A program made the position numbers and the translations under genes. From Seison nebaliae (taxonomy: Eukaryota), in NCBI GenBank assembly GCA_023231475.1, contig JALJEE010001312.1, positions 1-64,000 of the forward strand: a stretch of DNA of 64,000 nucleotides. Reading direction: 5' to 3'. The notes under the pieces are model-generated. The model was not told the DNA's origin and made no database searches. It saw nothing but the letters and a program-made list of their open reading frames with translations. Below are positions 14,424 through 27,851 of this stretch, one piece after another (the first letter of the stretch is position 1; every line of letters begins with the position of its first letter).

Positions 14424-14976
14424 GTGTCCAGAAGAAATAGTACAATACGTACAATGAATAAGAGAAGAATTGTCCGAGAGAATGAAAAAAAATTATAGAA
14501 ATAAGATATAATTGTCCGTTTTCGACTATCAACTGTGGAAAACTAAAAAACTAACATAATTGAAAAATTGTCCGATGCTTTTTGTAATTTATTAATGAAC
14601 GACAATTTTCGAATGTCCGAATGATCGGAATATTCCTGATGAATAAGTTAAAGGATAACAGATTTGTTCTCTCATAAATTAGAAAAACAAAATAATGTTA
14701 AACTTTAGTAGTTTGTTACTGAAATCTAGGAAGAGTAGAAGCAAAATTATCCGAAGATTTATTTAATACTTAAATTTAAGACCAACTGACCAAATTTTTT
14801 AGAAGAGAAGAGTAGAAGAATTCACCGGAAGTATCAGACTTCCTGTCGCTTTTTTCAATTTGAAAGTAGAAATTTAAATTATGTACAGCTGCCCGTTATA
14901 CGTATATTTTAAGTGATTCGACGAATCGTTAAGGCAAATAAAAAAAAAACGATAATTGTCTAATGGACAGAATTAG
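14424..14976. repeat. Dispersed AATTGTCCG-like motif cluster, possible decayed non-autonomous DNA transposon
   Basis: About six copies of an AA(T)TGTCC/T motif in ~550 bp (near 14424, 14468, 14511, 14566, 14613, 14954); no ORF. Confidence 0.3.
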
Positions 14977-16892
14977 AAGAATTGCATAGGGCGTATCTCT
15001 CGTAGGTTTTAACGAATATTCTAATTCACTAGATTAGATTCTTTCACTAATACGAATCATTCGTGCTCAAATTAAGTCGAAGAAAGAATAGATTATGTTG
15101 GAAGGTGAAATTGAAGGAAATATTGTTTGTTTTCGTAACGATTATTGTTAACAACGTTTTCCTTAATAAGAAAGGAGAGAAGTCGTGGAAAAGAATATCA
15201 TCAAATTGGAAGTTGCCAAGAGAACGAAAATAAAAGGATTATTTTATAACATCTTTTATTAATATTTTGTCTATTCTTTTCTAGTCGATTGATGATGAAG
15301 ATATCACATATTCTTTCTCTCATTAATATATATTAATTTAATATTCATCTCATTCTCATACACATTCATATCGATATACGTTCTATATTATTTGCTTATT
15401 ACAAAATAGGAAATATGCGAAGACTTACAGCTAAAAGATGAATATATAATTTTCCAATTGGTCTTCTCATTATTATAAGAGATTCTCTATACGCGACTCA
15501 CTTATCAATATGACCTATTGTAAAAATCTATTTCGTCCTTCCCACTTCCACCCAGAGATAACACCTACAACATCATCAATCTTCTTGTTGTTGAACAGAA
15601 AAATTAAAAATTTCTTCCAAACACCAAATGAACATTTTCTTTTATTTTCTTTCTTTATTCCTCATCTATTTCCCATGTGTTCATCTTCAATAATCGCCTT
15701 CTATTCAATTACTTCAAGTGATTAGACACAATTATGTTTTTCCTCTTTTTTTTACTTAAAATTACAAAATTACATAAGATAATGTAAATGAAGATGAAAA
15801 GATAATTCAACGTAGTCAGAAATTGTACCGTTAAGAACGGCAATTTGATTTAGAAAATCAACGAAGTGAGCGACGAAAAAATTCAGTGGAAGAAATGAAA
15901 TATAGTTATCGATATATATATATATGAGAAATGTTATGGAAATATAAATAATGTTCGATAATTTTCCTTTTTTTTTGTCCTTCAATAATAGTTTAAGTTA
16001 ATTTTTAATTAACAACTTTTTTTCTTTTTCCTTTCTTTCTTTTATGGGCAATAATATATTTAATCAGTAATAATCAAAGATAAAAAATTCTGATTTTTGT
16101 CTACCTGAAAAAGGAGGGTTGATTGACGTTATGTCCGTGGCTTTTTATCTCCATTGATTTTCCTATGACGTTTTTGTCCTCTTCCATTTATATAAAATTT
16201 ATATTAGAGATTCTTTCATTAAATTATTTCTTTTCTCTACATATTCCTTCTTAATGGAAAGCTGAGACGAAGGACAAAAGAGCCATAAGACAGAAAAGAC
16301 ATATGATATTCCATAGAGTATTTTTGAGATAACAAATATCATTTCTCTTACGCAATTATATTACGATTAAAAATACATTTTTACATATTCCTCCAATTTA
16401 TCCACAGTTGACGACATATTTCCATTGACAACTTTATCACAAGATGTATGAAAACGGAATTACATAAATTAGATTTTTTAATAGAAAGACGTCATTTTTA
16501 AAATAACCATACATAATATTGAGTGTGTGTAGCGCATTGGTCTATGCACGTTCCTAACGTCACAACGATTGCATCACTGAACGTAAGAAAGGTGATAAGT
16601 CAAACAATATTCAATTACCCAGATTAGGATTTCACAAAAAAAAATAATACAAATAAATTGAATCATATGGCTTTTTTGTCACCGTGATTGTTCTGTGTCA
16701 GGACTCTTGTGTCTCATGACTCTTTTGTCCTACAATTGGAAATTTTCTTGGATTTTGTAAATAATTTCTCTCATCTCTATTTTATTATTCATTCAAACGG
16801 TTTTATATACGTAATTTTATTCATATACTGATTTTCATTCTATTACATAGAATGAACTTTTAATAATTTTCGTTAACATTCCTAGTCATCAC

Positions 16893-18413
16893 ATGAACAT
16901 ATCAAGTAAAAACTCGTCTTCAAAATCATCAACTTCTTCATCTTCATCTTCTTCACAAAATTCATTTCATTTCAAATCAACATCCGTCGTCACAACACAA
17001 GTTACACCAGCCATAAATGAAGCATTGAAAGATTCAATTGAAAGTAATTCAGCATCGTCTCATGTGTGTAGTATTGTTTATTCGGACCGTCAAATAAGTA
17101 ATTCATCAATATCGTTAAATCGAAAGAATTCGAAGAAGAAAAATCTCAATTCTTGTACTACCACATTCTCACCACCTATCTGTCACTCTGAATCACAACT
17201 TGCTCATTCGATTAATGAAATGGAATATAATAAAACGGATAATATTTCCATAAAAAGTTCACAAATTACTACAGATAAATCAGCATCATCATCAACGAAA
17301 CCAATATCAAGTAATAGTGATAATAGTCGTCAAGAATTGTCGGGAAAGATCCATAATGATGAAGAAGTGAAAGAAGTAGAAAAGTCAATATGTGATAAAA
17401 TTAAAGCTAATTCAATTTTAACAATTAATCATAAAAGCGAAAATTTATTATTGTCAGGACCGGCGTATGATGAAATGGAGAATAATAAGTCAACTATCTC
17501 GTTATTATCTTCAACAAATCGCCAACAAACCAAAAGTGGTTGGAAGAATTATTTCAATGAAATTCCAGAAGTGATTAGTTTGAATGTTGGTGGAACGATT
17601 TATACGACTGCATTATCGACATTACAACGATTTGATAATTCTATGTTGAATGTTATGTTCACTGGGAAATATAAATTGTCGACTGATTCAATGGGAAATT
17701 ATTTTATTGATCGAGATGGTCGAACATTTGGTCATATTCTCAATTATTTGAGATGTAACGAATTACCACCAGAATCAGTCGCTCCGGATGTTTATCGTGA
17801 AGCAGAATTCTATTGTTTGAATGAGTTGGTTGAACGATTAGAGATTCTTTCACCAAGAGTCATCACAATGTTAAGATACAATCGACGAAGTTTGAACTTA
17901 CCAGATTATGATTGTGTGAAATTGACTGTTATCGAATGTGCCAAATCGAAGATGCCATTCAGTAACAAATTCCATGTTGCATTAACACAAAAAGATAACA
18001 GTAATCGATTAAAAGGAACTATTCCATGTTTCAATTGTGCGAGAGAACTAGTCCATGTCGATCATACTTGTACATTCGAAGGTGTACCTAGTGACATCTC
18101 GTTAAATCTCCAAAATGAAATGGAAAAAGCAGAAGTTGATTCTCTTTATCACGAGCCACAACATCAACAACAAGCGGTTACGATGGAGAATTATATCGAA
18201 TTTCTAATTGATGATTTGAAACGATCTGGTTTCGATATTCGTTCCAAGACTGTCGTCTGCAAATTTAGCGTACGCTGTTCTTCATGTACCTTGTCGGGTT
18301 TGTATACGGCTGGTGGTATTTTGGCACCAAGAGAATGTCCCAACATGGCATATTTATTATCTTTCAATTGGAATTCAAAATCAGAGAATGACAGACATTT
18401 TCAAAACGAATAA
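16893..18413 (+). CDS. BTB/POZ (T1-type) KCTD protein, KCTD7/KCTD14-like
   Basis: PEVISLNVGG..YTTALSTL..SMLNVMFTG..YFIDRDGRTFGHILNYLR..ELPP..VYREAEFY; Ser-rich N-terminus; single exon. Confidence 0.88.
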   Translation: MNISSKNSSSKSSTSSSSSSSQNSFHFKSTSVVTTQVTPAINEALKDSIESNSASSHVCSIVYSDRQISNSSISLNRKNSKKKNLNSCTTTFSPPICHSESQLAHSINEMEYNKTDNISIKSSQITTDKSASSSTKPISSNSDNSRQELSGKIHNDEEVKEVEKSICDKIKANSILTINHKSENLLLSGPAYDEMENNKSTISLLSSTNRQQTKSGWKNYFNEIPEVISLNVGGTIYTTALSTLQRFDNSMLNVMFTGKYKLSTDSMGNYFIDRDGRTFGHILNYLRCNELPPESVAPDVYREAEFYCLNELVERLEILSPRVITMLRYNRRSLNLPDYDCVKLTVIECAKSKMPFSNKFHVALTQKDNSNRLKGTIPCFNCARELVHVDHTCTFEGVPSDISLNLQNEMEKAEVDSLYHEPQHQQQAVTMENYIEFLIDDLKRSGFDIRSKTVVCKFSVRCSSCTLSGLYTAGGILAPRECPNMAYLLSFNWNSKSENDRHFQNE

Positions 18414-18708
18414 AAACAATTTTTATTTTTTCTCAGTTGATTTTCTCCTTTATAAAAGTGTTTTCTTTCGAATAAATAGAAAGTTTTCATTTTTAAACTT
18501 TTACTTATACAACTTTGTTAGTTAGAGATAATTGAAAGAAGAAAAATTTCAATAAGAAATTATACTATAAGTTTAATTCAGTCAATCCATTAAAGAAGAA
18601 AATATATGGAATATGAATATTATGATATAAAATATATACAAAATTAAATAATTTTTGTAAAAAATGTAAAAATAAATTGGTTAAAGTTATTAAGAATGGA
18701 AACATAAA

Positions 18709-19590
18709 TTATTTTGATAATTCTTTTCGATCTTTTATTCGTCGATTTTGAAACCAAACTTTCACTTGATCTACACTCAATCCCAAACTTTCTGCTAAAC
18801 GTACACGGTCATTCCCAACCATATATTGTTGCGTACAAAAAGCATTCTCCAAACCGACTAATTGTTGATTCGTAAAAATTGTTCGGAATCTTCTCGATTT
18901 CTTTCCATCTTCGGAAACTTTACTCGATATTTTCGAATCATCACTACTACTACAATTGCTCGTAGTTCCTATTCCATCAGATGAGGTCACCGTTTTCCTT
19001 TTTGGCACAATTTTTTTCTGTTGTTGAGTCTGAACATTCTTTCTATTTGCAATTTTCGCAGGTTTAATTTCTTCATTTTCTGGTATAGGAGACAGTTTCC
19101 GTTTCTTATCATGAGTTGTGGAATCATCATATGACATCGAATCAACAAAAGCAGAAATAAATTTTCCAACATCATCTTCATTGTCTATTGTGGTCGTTGG
19201 TTGATTATCGATATTCGTATCGAATTCACATAATTCAGGTGACGGAGATGATTCAAGATGTGATGTATATTGAATTGGACTGGGAATATTATTTACCTGA
19301 TTATTCAAATGAATATTTCGTTGGATGAGTGCATTTAAGAGAATTGATTGTGGATATTGATTCAAATTAAAAGACGATTCAATAGTGTCACTGGAATTCT
19401 GCTGATTAGTCAACTGATGATGGAGATTACAATTTGATTCGATTCGTTTCCTTTTACGATTGTTAATAATTAATTTTTTGGACAATCCACTAGAATATTC
19501 ATTAGTGTATGTGAGTGGTTGGATAATGTCGTCGATGCAGAAAGAACTCGTCTTATGATTCGACATTTGTGAATTGTCGATAATTTCCAT
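18709..19590 (-). CDS. Not: Not/Noto-family homeobox transcription factor
   Basis: Homeodomain [24 protein letters not shown]...[18 protein letters not shown] is characteristic of Not; N-terminal eh1 motif SSFCIDDII. Confidence 0.85.
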   Translation of the reverse strand: MEIIDNSQMSNHKTSSFCIDDIIQPLTYTNEYSSGLSKKLIINNRKRKRIESNCNLHHQLTNQQNSSDTIESSFNLNQYPQSILLNALIQRNIHLNNQVNNIPSPIQYTSHLESSPSPELCEFDTNIDNQPTTTIDNEDDVGKFISAFVDSMSYDDSTTHDKKRKLSPIPENEEIKPAKIANRKNVQTQQQKKIVPKRKTVTSSDGIGTTSNCSSSDDSKISSKVSEDGKKSRRFRTIFTNQQLVGLENAFCTQQYMVGNDRVRLAESLGLSVDQVKVWFQNRRIKDRKELSK

Positions 19591-20272
19591 TTAAAGATGT
19601 TTTGAATGAAATCTGTTTGGGAAGATGATAGTAATAAATAAAGTAATCGAATGACAAAGTGATAAATGTGTTATTAAGATTAAATACAAAATACAATCAT
19701 TTCCTCTATCCGTCTTGTCGATTAGTGATAGTGTTAGAAATTGTTTGATAGATAGAAGATAAAGATAAAAGCTATTTTACCGTGTGTCAAACAACAGAAA
19801 ACATTTTAATTCGATGCAGTGTCAACTAGAAAAATGTGAATGTATGCATAGGCAATGTGCGGTGAAAGATTAAGAAACATTAAATAAATCTCTTGTTAAG
19901 ATGAATTCAATAAGCGAATATAATTAGTTAAGCACTTCGATCGTCGATAATCATCATCATTACCTTTCTAAATCAATTTCTTTTGCTTTCTTCTCTTTTT
20001 CATCCCTACGTAACCGCAAATGTAATCCAGTGTGAAAGAGCAAAATATTAATTTGGGAACGTTTGTGATTTCTTTTATAAGAGAAACAAATTTAAACTAT
20101 CTTCATTTCCTTTTCTCATTTAAAATTTGTTACGAACAATAGTAAATATTAATAGTACGAAATTCATCAATTGCCTTTTGCAATTTCCTCCTCTTTCATA
20201 AAAAAGATCGAATCACTTACACAACTTAAGTGAGAGAATGTCTCAAATCATATCTGAGTGCCAATCATATCT

Positions 20273-20492
20273 AGGTGTCAATTGGGTTCAACATTTCCTA
20301 CAAATAAACAACTTCCGATTAAAATCGATTTTCAACGAAAAATATGTAGATACAATAACTGAACGACAGACAATTCGGAGATGCGACTTTTAGGAAACTC
20401 CCTATTACCTAAAACACACTATCTATAGTGTAGATGTTGTATAGATTATATACTGTATGGTGTCTGAATTGTCGCATCTCCCAATTGACACG
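20273..20492. repeat. Imperfect inverted repeat, possible MITE remnant
   Basis: CAATTCGGAGATGCGAC (20371-20387) versus GTCGCATCTCCCAATTG (20471-20487), 16/17 complementary; TGTCAATTGGG at ~20276 is also complementary to CCCAATTGACA. Confidence 0.5.
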
Positions 20493-21829
20493 TCTTCTAA
20501 TTGTCAAGTCGTCTAATTGTCTGCCCTCTTACAATAACTATACGTTGCGAAGTAGCAACAAGTAAAACATGAGAAACTTATTGGTTTTTTTTAAATAAAA
20601 AAGTGTCATTCTAAGGAATATTTTAATATCTTAAAATAATAATACTCATCGTATTTTGTTTAAGGATTCAATTCGATATCGCTATTGATGGTATAAGAAA
20701 AAAACATTAGTTTTTATTTAATTATATTTAATTTAAATTTCTAAATACACAAATTACTAGAAATAATTATAAAATGTCATTAGATATTGAATATATATAT
20801 TATGAATAGAAATATTTCTAATAATCTTATTTAAATTTCAAAAAAAATTATATTAGTTAAAATCAATCAAAATGTATCAATTTTATGAATTTCGGACTAA
20901 AGTAAATTAACTGCAAACTTTTGTTTTCGAAATCTCTGGGAAAGAAATGGAATGTCTTGAAATATTTCAATGAAATTATCGATTAATATTATGAAAGAAA
21001 ACACGAACGAAAAACATAAAAAATGAGTAATCGAATTAGATATATTGATTCACAAAAGGAGAGCAATGACGATGTGAGTCGATGGACAGATCTATTAAAT
21101 TAATATTAAATGAAAGATAAAAAAGAAATTTAAATTTAATGTTGACTATTTAGTATTGAAATGAATATAGGCTATTGGACAAGATCGAAAGGTCGGCAGC
21201 AATCACCTCGTTAGTAATCGCGTCGTCGAGCCAATACAAAACATAACGCGGAGGAAAAAAAGAAAATGAAGAAACTCGTTCCGCATCGTTGACTTTTTTG
21301 GATTTATTGCAACAAAAGAAGACGAATTCATCATATTCAACTGAAATAGATAAATAAATTCGATGAACCAATAGACGAAGAAATGATGATTGACGTTCAT
21401 TCGATTTAGGATGAAGTAGAATGTTGGGACGAAATGCTTTCTGACCACGATATTGGCAACTTTCCTTTCCCTATGTTTCATTTTTTCTCATTTCTATTCT
21501 CTTTCATTTCTTTACCTCATTTTGATGCATCCATCCACTTCATCCACTGTCCACACCGTCTCTCCATTGTATAATTTCGATGTTAATTTAGGAAAGTTTT
21601 CCGATACAAATTTTTGTAACATATCAAATTCAAGAGACAAAATAAACATCTTCATTCTAATTTACTAATAACATGTAATAATATAAAAATATAATATTTC
21701 TTAATTTCTTTTAAACTTTTTCTTCGATCTAAATTGTTCACGACATTAATCTGGAATTCTCCTTTTGGTTTATATTATCAAAATAAAGGAAAAATATTTC
21801 GAAATAAGATTTTCATCGATCTAGAAAAT

Positions 21830-23254
21830 ATGGGTTCCGATAGCAAGTTAGATCGTTTTCATTCCCGTTTTCATATTTACATCAATCATCAATTTACTAG
21901 ACAATCAAAAGAGAAGAGAACTTCCAAACAATCGTCACATGCTCAACAGCCACCTGAAGTGATGGGCTCATCTCTCGCTACTGCCTATCGTCCAAATAAA
22001 GATAAACATCATGCTTTATTACGTGCAATTTGGAATGTGAATCGACAATTAATGCCAAATGAGAAGTTGAAGGAATTAAGAGAATTAGTCGAGACAAAAG
22101 GACAAGATGTTAATACTATGTGTGATATTTTACACGAACAGACATGCCAACCTATAGCTCAAGCACCACCGTTAATTATTGCCTGTTTTGAAGGTGATGC
22201 AGACATCATTAAATACCTAATAAGTGTTAGTAAATACGTTAAATAGACAATGCCAAAATATTTTCCTGTTATTAAACATCATTAGATTGGTGCTGATCCG
22301 AATTTAACGGAAAGTGAACATCATCTCACACCGATTCATATCATATGCGATGCTGAGTATCATGGACAAACAATTCAAGTTACAAATTATTATTAATTTC
22401 CATTTTTACAGATCATTCTCCATTTGTACAGCAACGAGATCGTGCAGAAATACTTCGATCTCTTTTAAAGAAAAGTGCAAATCCTAATCATTTAGACAGA
22501 AGTAATATGGCAGCAATACATAAGTTTGAAGGAATTATTTATTTTAAAGAACATTTATCCTCTTCTCATATTAGAGCAGTAATACATGATCGACCAGACT
22601 GCGTAGCTGCATTACTTGACGCGAAAGCTGATTCGAATGCATCATTTCTCGGTGACACTCCATTGTCAATTGCAGCAAGACATAATCGTAAGAAGATTGT
22701 CGAGTTCTTTAAACCTTTTTCTTTATTCTTCTTCTTATTATACCTTTTGGCTAGTCTATTATTAAGTCACAAAGGTACGAATGTTAATATGAAAAATGAT
22801 CAAGGTGGAACTGCATTACATTTTGCCGCTGCCGGTTAATTTTCATTTAATTTCTTCTTCTTCTACAACTTCTTATTTTCCATCGTTCTTTCAGCAATCG
22901 TTGATAGTACGGAATGCGTTGAAACTTTAATTCGACATAACGCTAAAGTAAATTCCTCTGATAATCGAGATAACACGCCAGCAATGGTAGCAGCGTTCTT
23001 TAACAAACCGAGAATTCTAACGACTTTGATTAAAGCCGGATCAGATATTACGGTAAAGAATAAGGAGGGTTAGTCACCCATTTGTATGTGGATATCTTAA
23101 TAATCTTCCAATTATAGATAAGGATGTTTATTCAATCGCTAATGATAAAGATTACGATGAATGTGCAGAGATTGCTGCAAAATACTTAGCGAAGAAAGGG
23201 ATCAAAGTCGATGATTTAACGAAACAAATGAAAGATACGAAGATTACAAAATAG
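21830..23254 (+). CDS. Ankyrin-repeat protein, 8 exons
   Basis: PPLIIAC, GADPN..LTPIHI, GDTPLSIAA, GGTALHFAA, NTPAMVAA repeats; seven short GTT..AG introns give a continuous frame from MGSDSK to TKITK*. Confidence 0.88.
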
Positions 23255-25649
23255 TTATCGATACATATTCGAGTGTATGTAACTTTCATTAATTCTTGTT
23301 ATTCTCCAGAAATACACAAAAAATACAATAATATTTTACGTAAGATTATTCTGTTTGCTAATAGACACAAAGCAGATATGGTACAGAGATGAAGATTAAT
23401 AATATTCTAATCTCTGATCTCTAATAATTATTCATCATCATCATCTTCGTATCTCTCTTTATTTCTCATTCTTTCTCTCCTTCTCTCTTTCTCTATTACT
23501 TCGCATTATCCATATTCATCATTATCTTTGTTATTATTCTTATTTGAGCTGATCTTATCAGATCGCGAATATATTGAGGAATCTTATTATTTTATTCCTA
23601 TTTATTCAACGACTCCATTTGGGCATAAGACTCAATAGTAAACGAGAGGAGGTATAAGATTTAACGTATTATTTTAAAAACTCTGATTTCCTTGATTAAA
23701 AAATATTAATGTTTTATATAAATAAACAAATTGAATAAAGCTTAAAATTTGATTCCCCTCAATTTTTCTAAAATTTTCCAATGGAACCTTAAGTATGAAG
23801 AACAACTTTCCTAGATCATGTGGATGGATCATAGATGTAAGTATTTTAATGGATTATATTCGAGTAGCCCAATAAACACTATGTTCAATTAAGTTGATGA
23901 TGATTAAACTTTTATCTTTTACTTTGTTGTAGAATGAAATGATATGAAATGTATATCTAATATATATACGATGTTAACGTAGAAATAGAAAAAGATTATT
24001 TATTCTTTAATTAAGAGTAATTTGTATCGGATCAACTCACAAACGTAATTATTTATAATTAATAGATAAAAAAAATATTCATCTTATGTAGACTTATAAG
24101 AGAGATATTTCTTTTCAATTTAGTTCAAACAGAGATAATGTTTACTTCCATCAGAGAAAAGAAATATGTTTTATCTATTTAAAGCGAAGAACGTTCTTTT
24201 TGAAAATTATTTTTTCCAACAATCCTATTTTTCGGGTGTTTATAAATAAAAAAAAATCGTCCATATAATTGTTGAAAATAATAGGGAAAAGTCGATAGAA
24301 AGCTTACTTTTTAATTCGGTTAAATAACTTTACGTCTACACATTTCCCCTAAATTATGTGAACTGGAGATTGAGGTTCAACATCAACTCTCCCTTTTACC
24401 ATTAACACTCCGTTTCATTTATACGTCAATTGGAAGGAGATGTCTCAATAAAAGGGTGTACGAAAGAGAATTCGATATGTCATCTGTCAAAATTAACCAA
24501 AAATAAATTTCTATTATTCTCTTTTTACCTATAATGTGACTCTTCCTCCTATTATAGTTATTGATTCTGTTTGGTTTTAAATATTATTTCCTATATTAAT
24601 TTGAACACCCCATGCTTTTTTAATTGAGAGTGACAATTTCCAATTGAAATTTGTTTGGACATTTCTTTACTTTGACATTAACTACCTATAAAGTCTAATA
24701 AACTGTGTTTGTAATGAACACCTTCTCATAACTTGAAATTAGAGCACTAAATGAATTGAAAATTGTAGAAGTATTCAAAAATGTTGAATAGTTTTCATTG
24801 TGAACTATTGAAGTTAATAAGAGTAAATTTCTAACATTATTCATACAATTGTAAATGGAATTTGTATTTAAAAAATTTTAGTTAATAGGAAATTTGTCGA
24901 ATTTGTATAAATGTCCCTCTAGTGTCATGATATAGTTATACACATTACTAAATAAAGAAATGGAGATAGATGTTATGTAATAAAAAATTAGGCAAATAAT
25001 TGTTTTCATTTTTTCTTCCCTATCATAGAATCATATTGAACTATTCTTTTAAAAGTGCTATAGGTGCTTCCTCTGTCTCGTGTAAGTGAAGAGTGTGTAA
25101 TGAGAAATTTATTCTTTTTTCTTTGTATATTAAAATAAGGAATGTAAAAAGAGAATACATCCGAATTTAATAGAATTAAAAAGGAAATGTATAAAAAAGA
25201 ATTATAATAATAAAATTGATGGATGAATTCGAGCCCTTACTGGAATTCGAAGGAAGGTACTCTTCAATTTATTTCGATTTGTAAAATACGGTACAAATTA
25301 TTATAATTATCGTTTTTTTGATTTAGTGAGTATTAAGAAAAAAAGAGAAACTTTAGAAACTTTACAAGAACAACCAATATTCCAAGCTGAATGTTTCATA
25401 TGAAACTTCTCTTGTTATTTAATGTACAGAGGTAAATTGAGAGATTTTATTGTATATTTATCTAAAGTAAATTGATCCTTCTCTGCTGAATAAAAAGATT
25501 TTGGTTTTTGGTTTCTTCTGCTACTTCTTTAATTAATAAAGTTCATTGTTCAATCATTAATTTTTCATTGGTCATCAGATTTCTGAATGTGTTTTATGAA
25601 GTTTTCACATGAGCATTTAAGGTGGAAAATTTAATGTTAATTTGAGGTA

Positions 25650-27851
25650 ATGAATGAATCTAAATTAATAAACTCACTGGAAGATCTTCTGGAGACTCCA
25701 AGCCGATCAGTTCAACGAATCTCTGAAACAGCTGATGGTACTTCGCTTTCAACTGAGCTTGAATCTAATCATGACTCTCAACAATCGCCCGCCCCACCAC
25801 CACAATCACAACAACAACAAATAACATCATGGAGTTTTAATGGAGAAGAATTCAATGCTACTTTTAAGAATGATAATATTTTATCCAATATGCCAGCGAA
25901 TAATGGTAAAGTTAACATGAATTCGGCGTTATCAGCAACAATTATTTCTTCTTCTTCTACCACTTCGGAAATAACTTCAAATGTGAATGGATTACCATCT
26001 TCATCTTCTTCTTCTTCTTCAACCACTTCTTCATCCGCTTCTTCAACTACTGTAGTACCAATATCAACAAATATTACGACAAATGTTATTATGAATAATT
26101 TTGATAAAGATATAACATCTATTAGTCATCTGAATCACGTAACAACTAATCTATCGAATTGTTCTAATCTAAACCAGAATAATCTTTTATTTACATACGA
26201 TGAGAATACTTATGGTCATGATCCCACTTATTACACTGACGCTTATTGGGAGAATAATATGTCACCATCGATCGATCACACTTACCAATTGTCCACCACT
26301 TCAAAGACATCAATGAATTTGAATGATGATAATTCGATAATAGAGAAAGAGAAATTGAATAAATATCAAGTGGACAATATCAGAATGCAGGTATTGAAGG
26401 GAGATTACGAGACACTGAAACGTCTCCTCCTTCCAATGACGAGATATTCATCTGAAGCAAAAAGTGCAGCTACACGTTCGGCAGTGGAAGCCATTCGTTC
26501 CATCACATCTAACCACTCGGCAGGTTGTGATGATAATCAATTTCCTTCACTCAAAGCCAATTCCGCTCAATCATTGCCAGATGAAAGTTTTTATTATATT
26601 TCTAATCGTAAAAATATCCTTTTATGATGTTTAAACGATAACGATAAGAAATAGCTTCTTATCGATCTTGATTTTAAAAGAGAAAAAATTTAGAAATTTT
26701 GATATATATGCTTATCGTTCGCTTTTTGCGAAAAACAGGAGGATAAGATTTGAAGAGGTGGTGTATTTATGTAATATATGTATGACATATATCTATATTA
26801 TTTTTTTGTTTTTCTTACTTATCCTTCTGTTTTTCCCAACAAGTTCATGATAAGTATATATATATAGAAAAGTAAATGGAGAATTTGGATTGTTTCAACT
26901 CCAAGAACTCCCAACCGATAAGAAGCTATTTCTTATCGTTATCGTTTGGGCATCACTACATTTTAATAATTCTTATAGCGACTATGATGGGTACAATGAA
27001 CAATCAACTACCATCACTAGTTCCATATGTGGGTACGGAAGGAAACGAATCATTGAAATCTTTATCAAGAGGTTTCAGTGAATCGCATGCGAGGAATCGT
27101 TTCGAAACGATGCATATTATACCATCATCGTCTATGTATCGGACACAACAATCAACACAACATATCAATAATTATAGTCTTCATTCAGGAGTCACTCCAC
27201 ATAATAGTCATGATGCCTATGGATATTCAGTACCTACACCAGCAGGACTTTATATTAATGATTATGAAGGTGCTGGTCGCAATTCCGACATTTATTTCTC
27301 TCAGCAACCTCAATGTACAATGAACGACATATCATCATATGCAGTGGCGAACGATTATGAAATGCGTCGAGCGAATGAACAACAATCAATTATACCACGT
27401 TCCATGTACTATCAACAATCATATGGAGCGAATGACACAGACGACCCAAATAATATGATGATATATGATCCAATAATCACAGGAACAAGAGATTTGACTA
27501 TCGCTCACACTTCATCAATTCAACACGAAAAAGAGAATATCGAACAAAATGTTAATTCATCATTCTTTGAAATTTTTATTTTAATTTCTATTTTTCTATT
27601 AAAGAAATGGAGGAAAAATATGGATATTGCAGAATCTCGTAAGAAAGGTATCTTTTGCTAATATGTCGATTATGTTACACCATCACACATCTACAGCTAT
27701 GTTATTGCATCGTTTTAAAAATGACAAAGTCTCTCTTATCTTTTCTTTTTGTCATATTTCATCAGCTATACCATCTTCATTATCATCATGACCATTCGAC
27801 ATTTTTACCATATATTAGAAGTTTCATTTCGATGATAATATGAATATTTGA
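25650..27851 (+). CDS. Uncharacterised multi-exon protein, Ser/Asn/Thr-rich; 3' structure uncertain
   Basis: Two long ORFs joinable in phase 1 by an intron ending TATAG at 26978; 54-nt intron 27551-27604; short basic exons KWRKNMDIAESRKK and AMLLHRFKNDK. No domain recognised. Confidence 0.55.
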
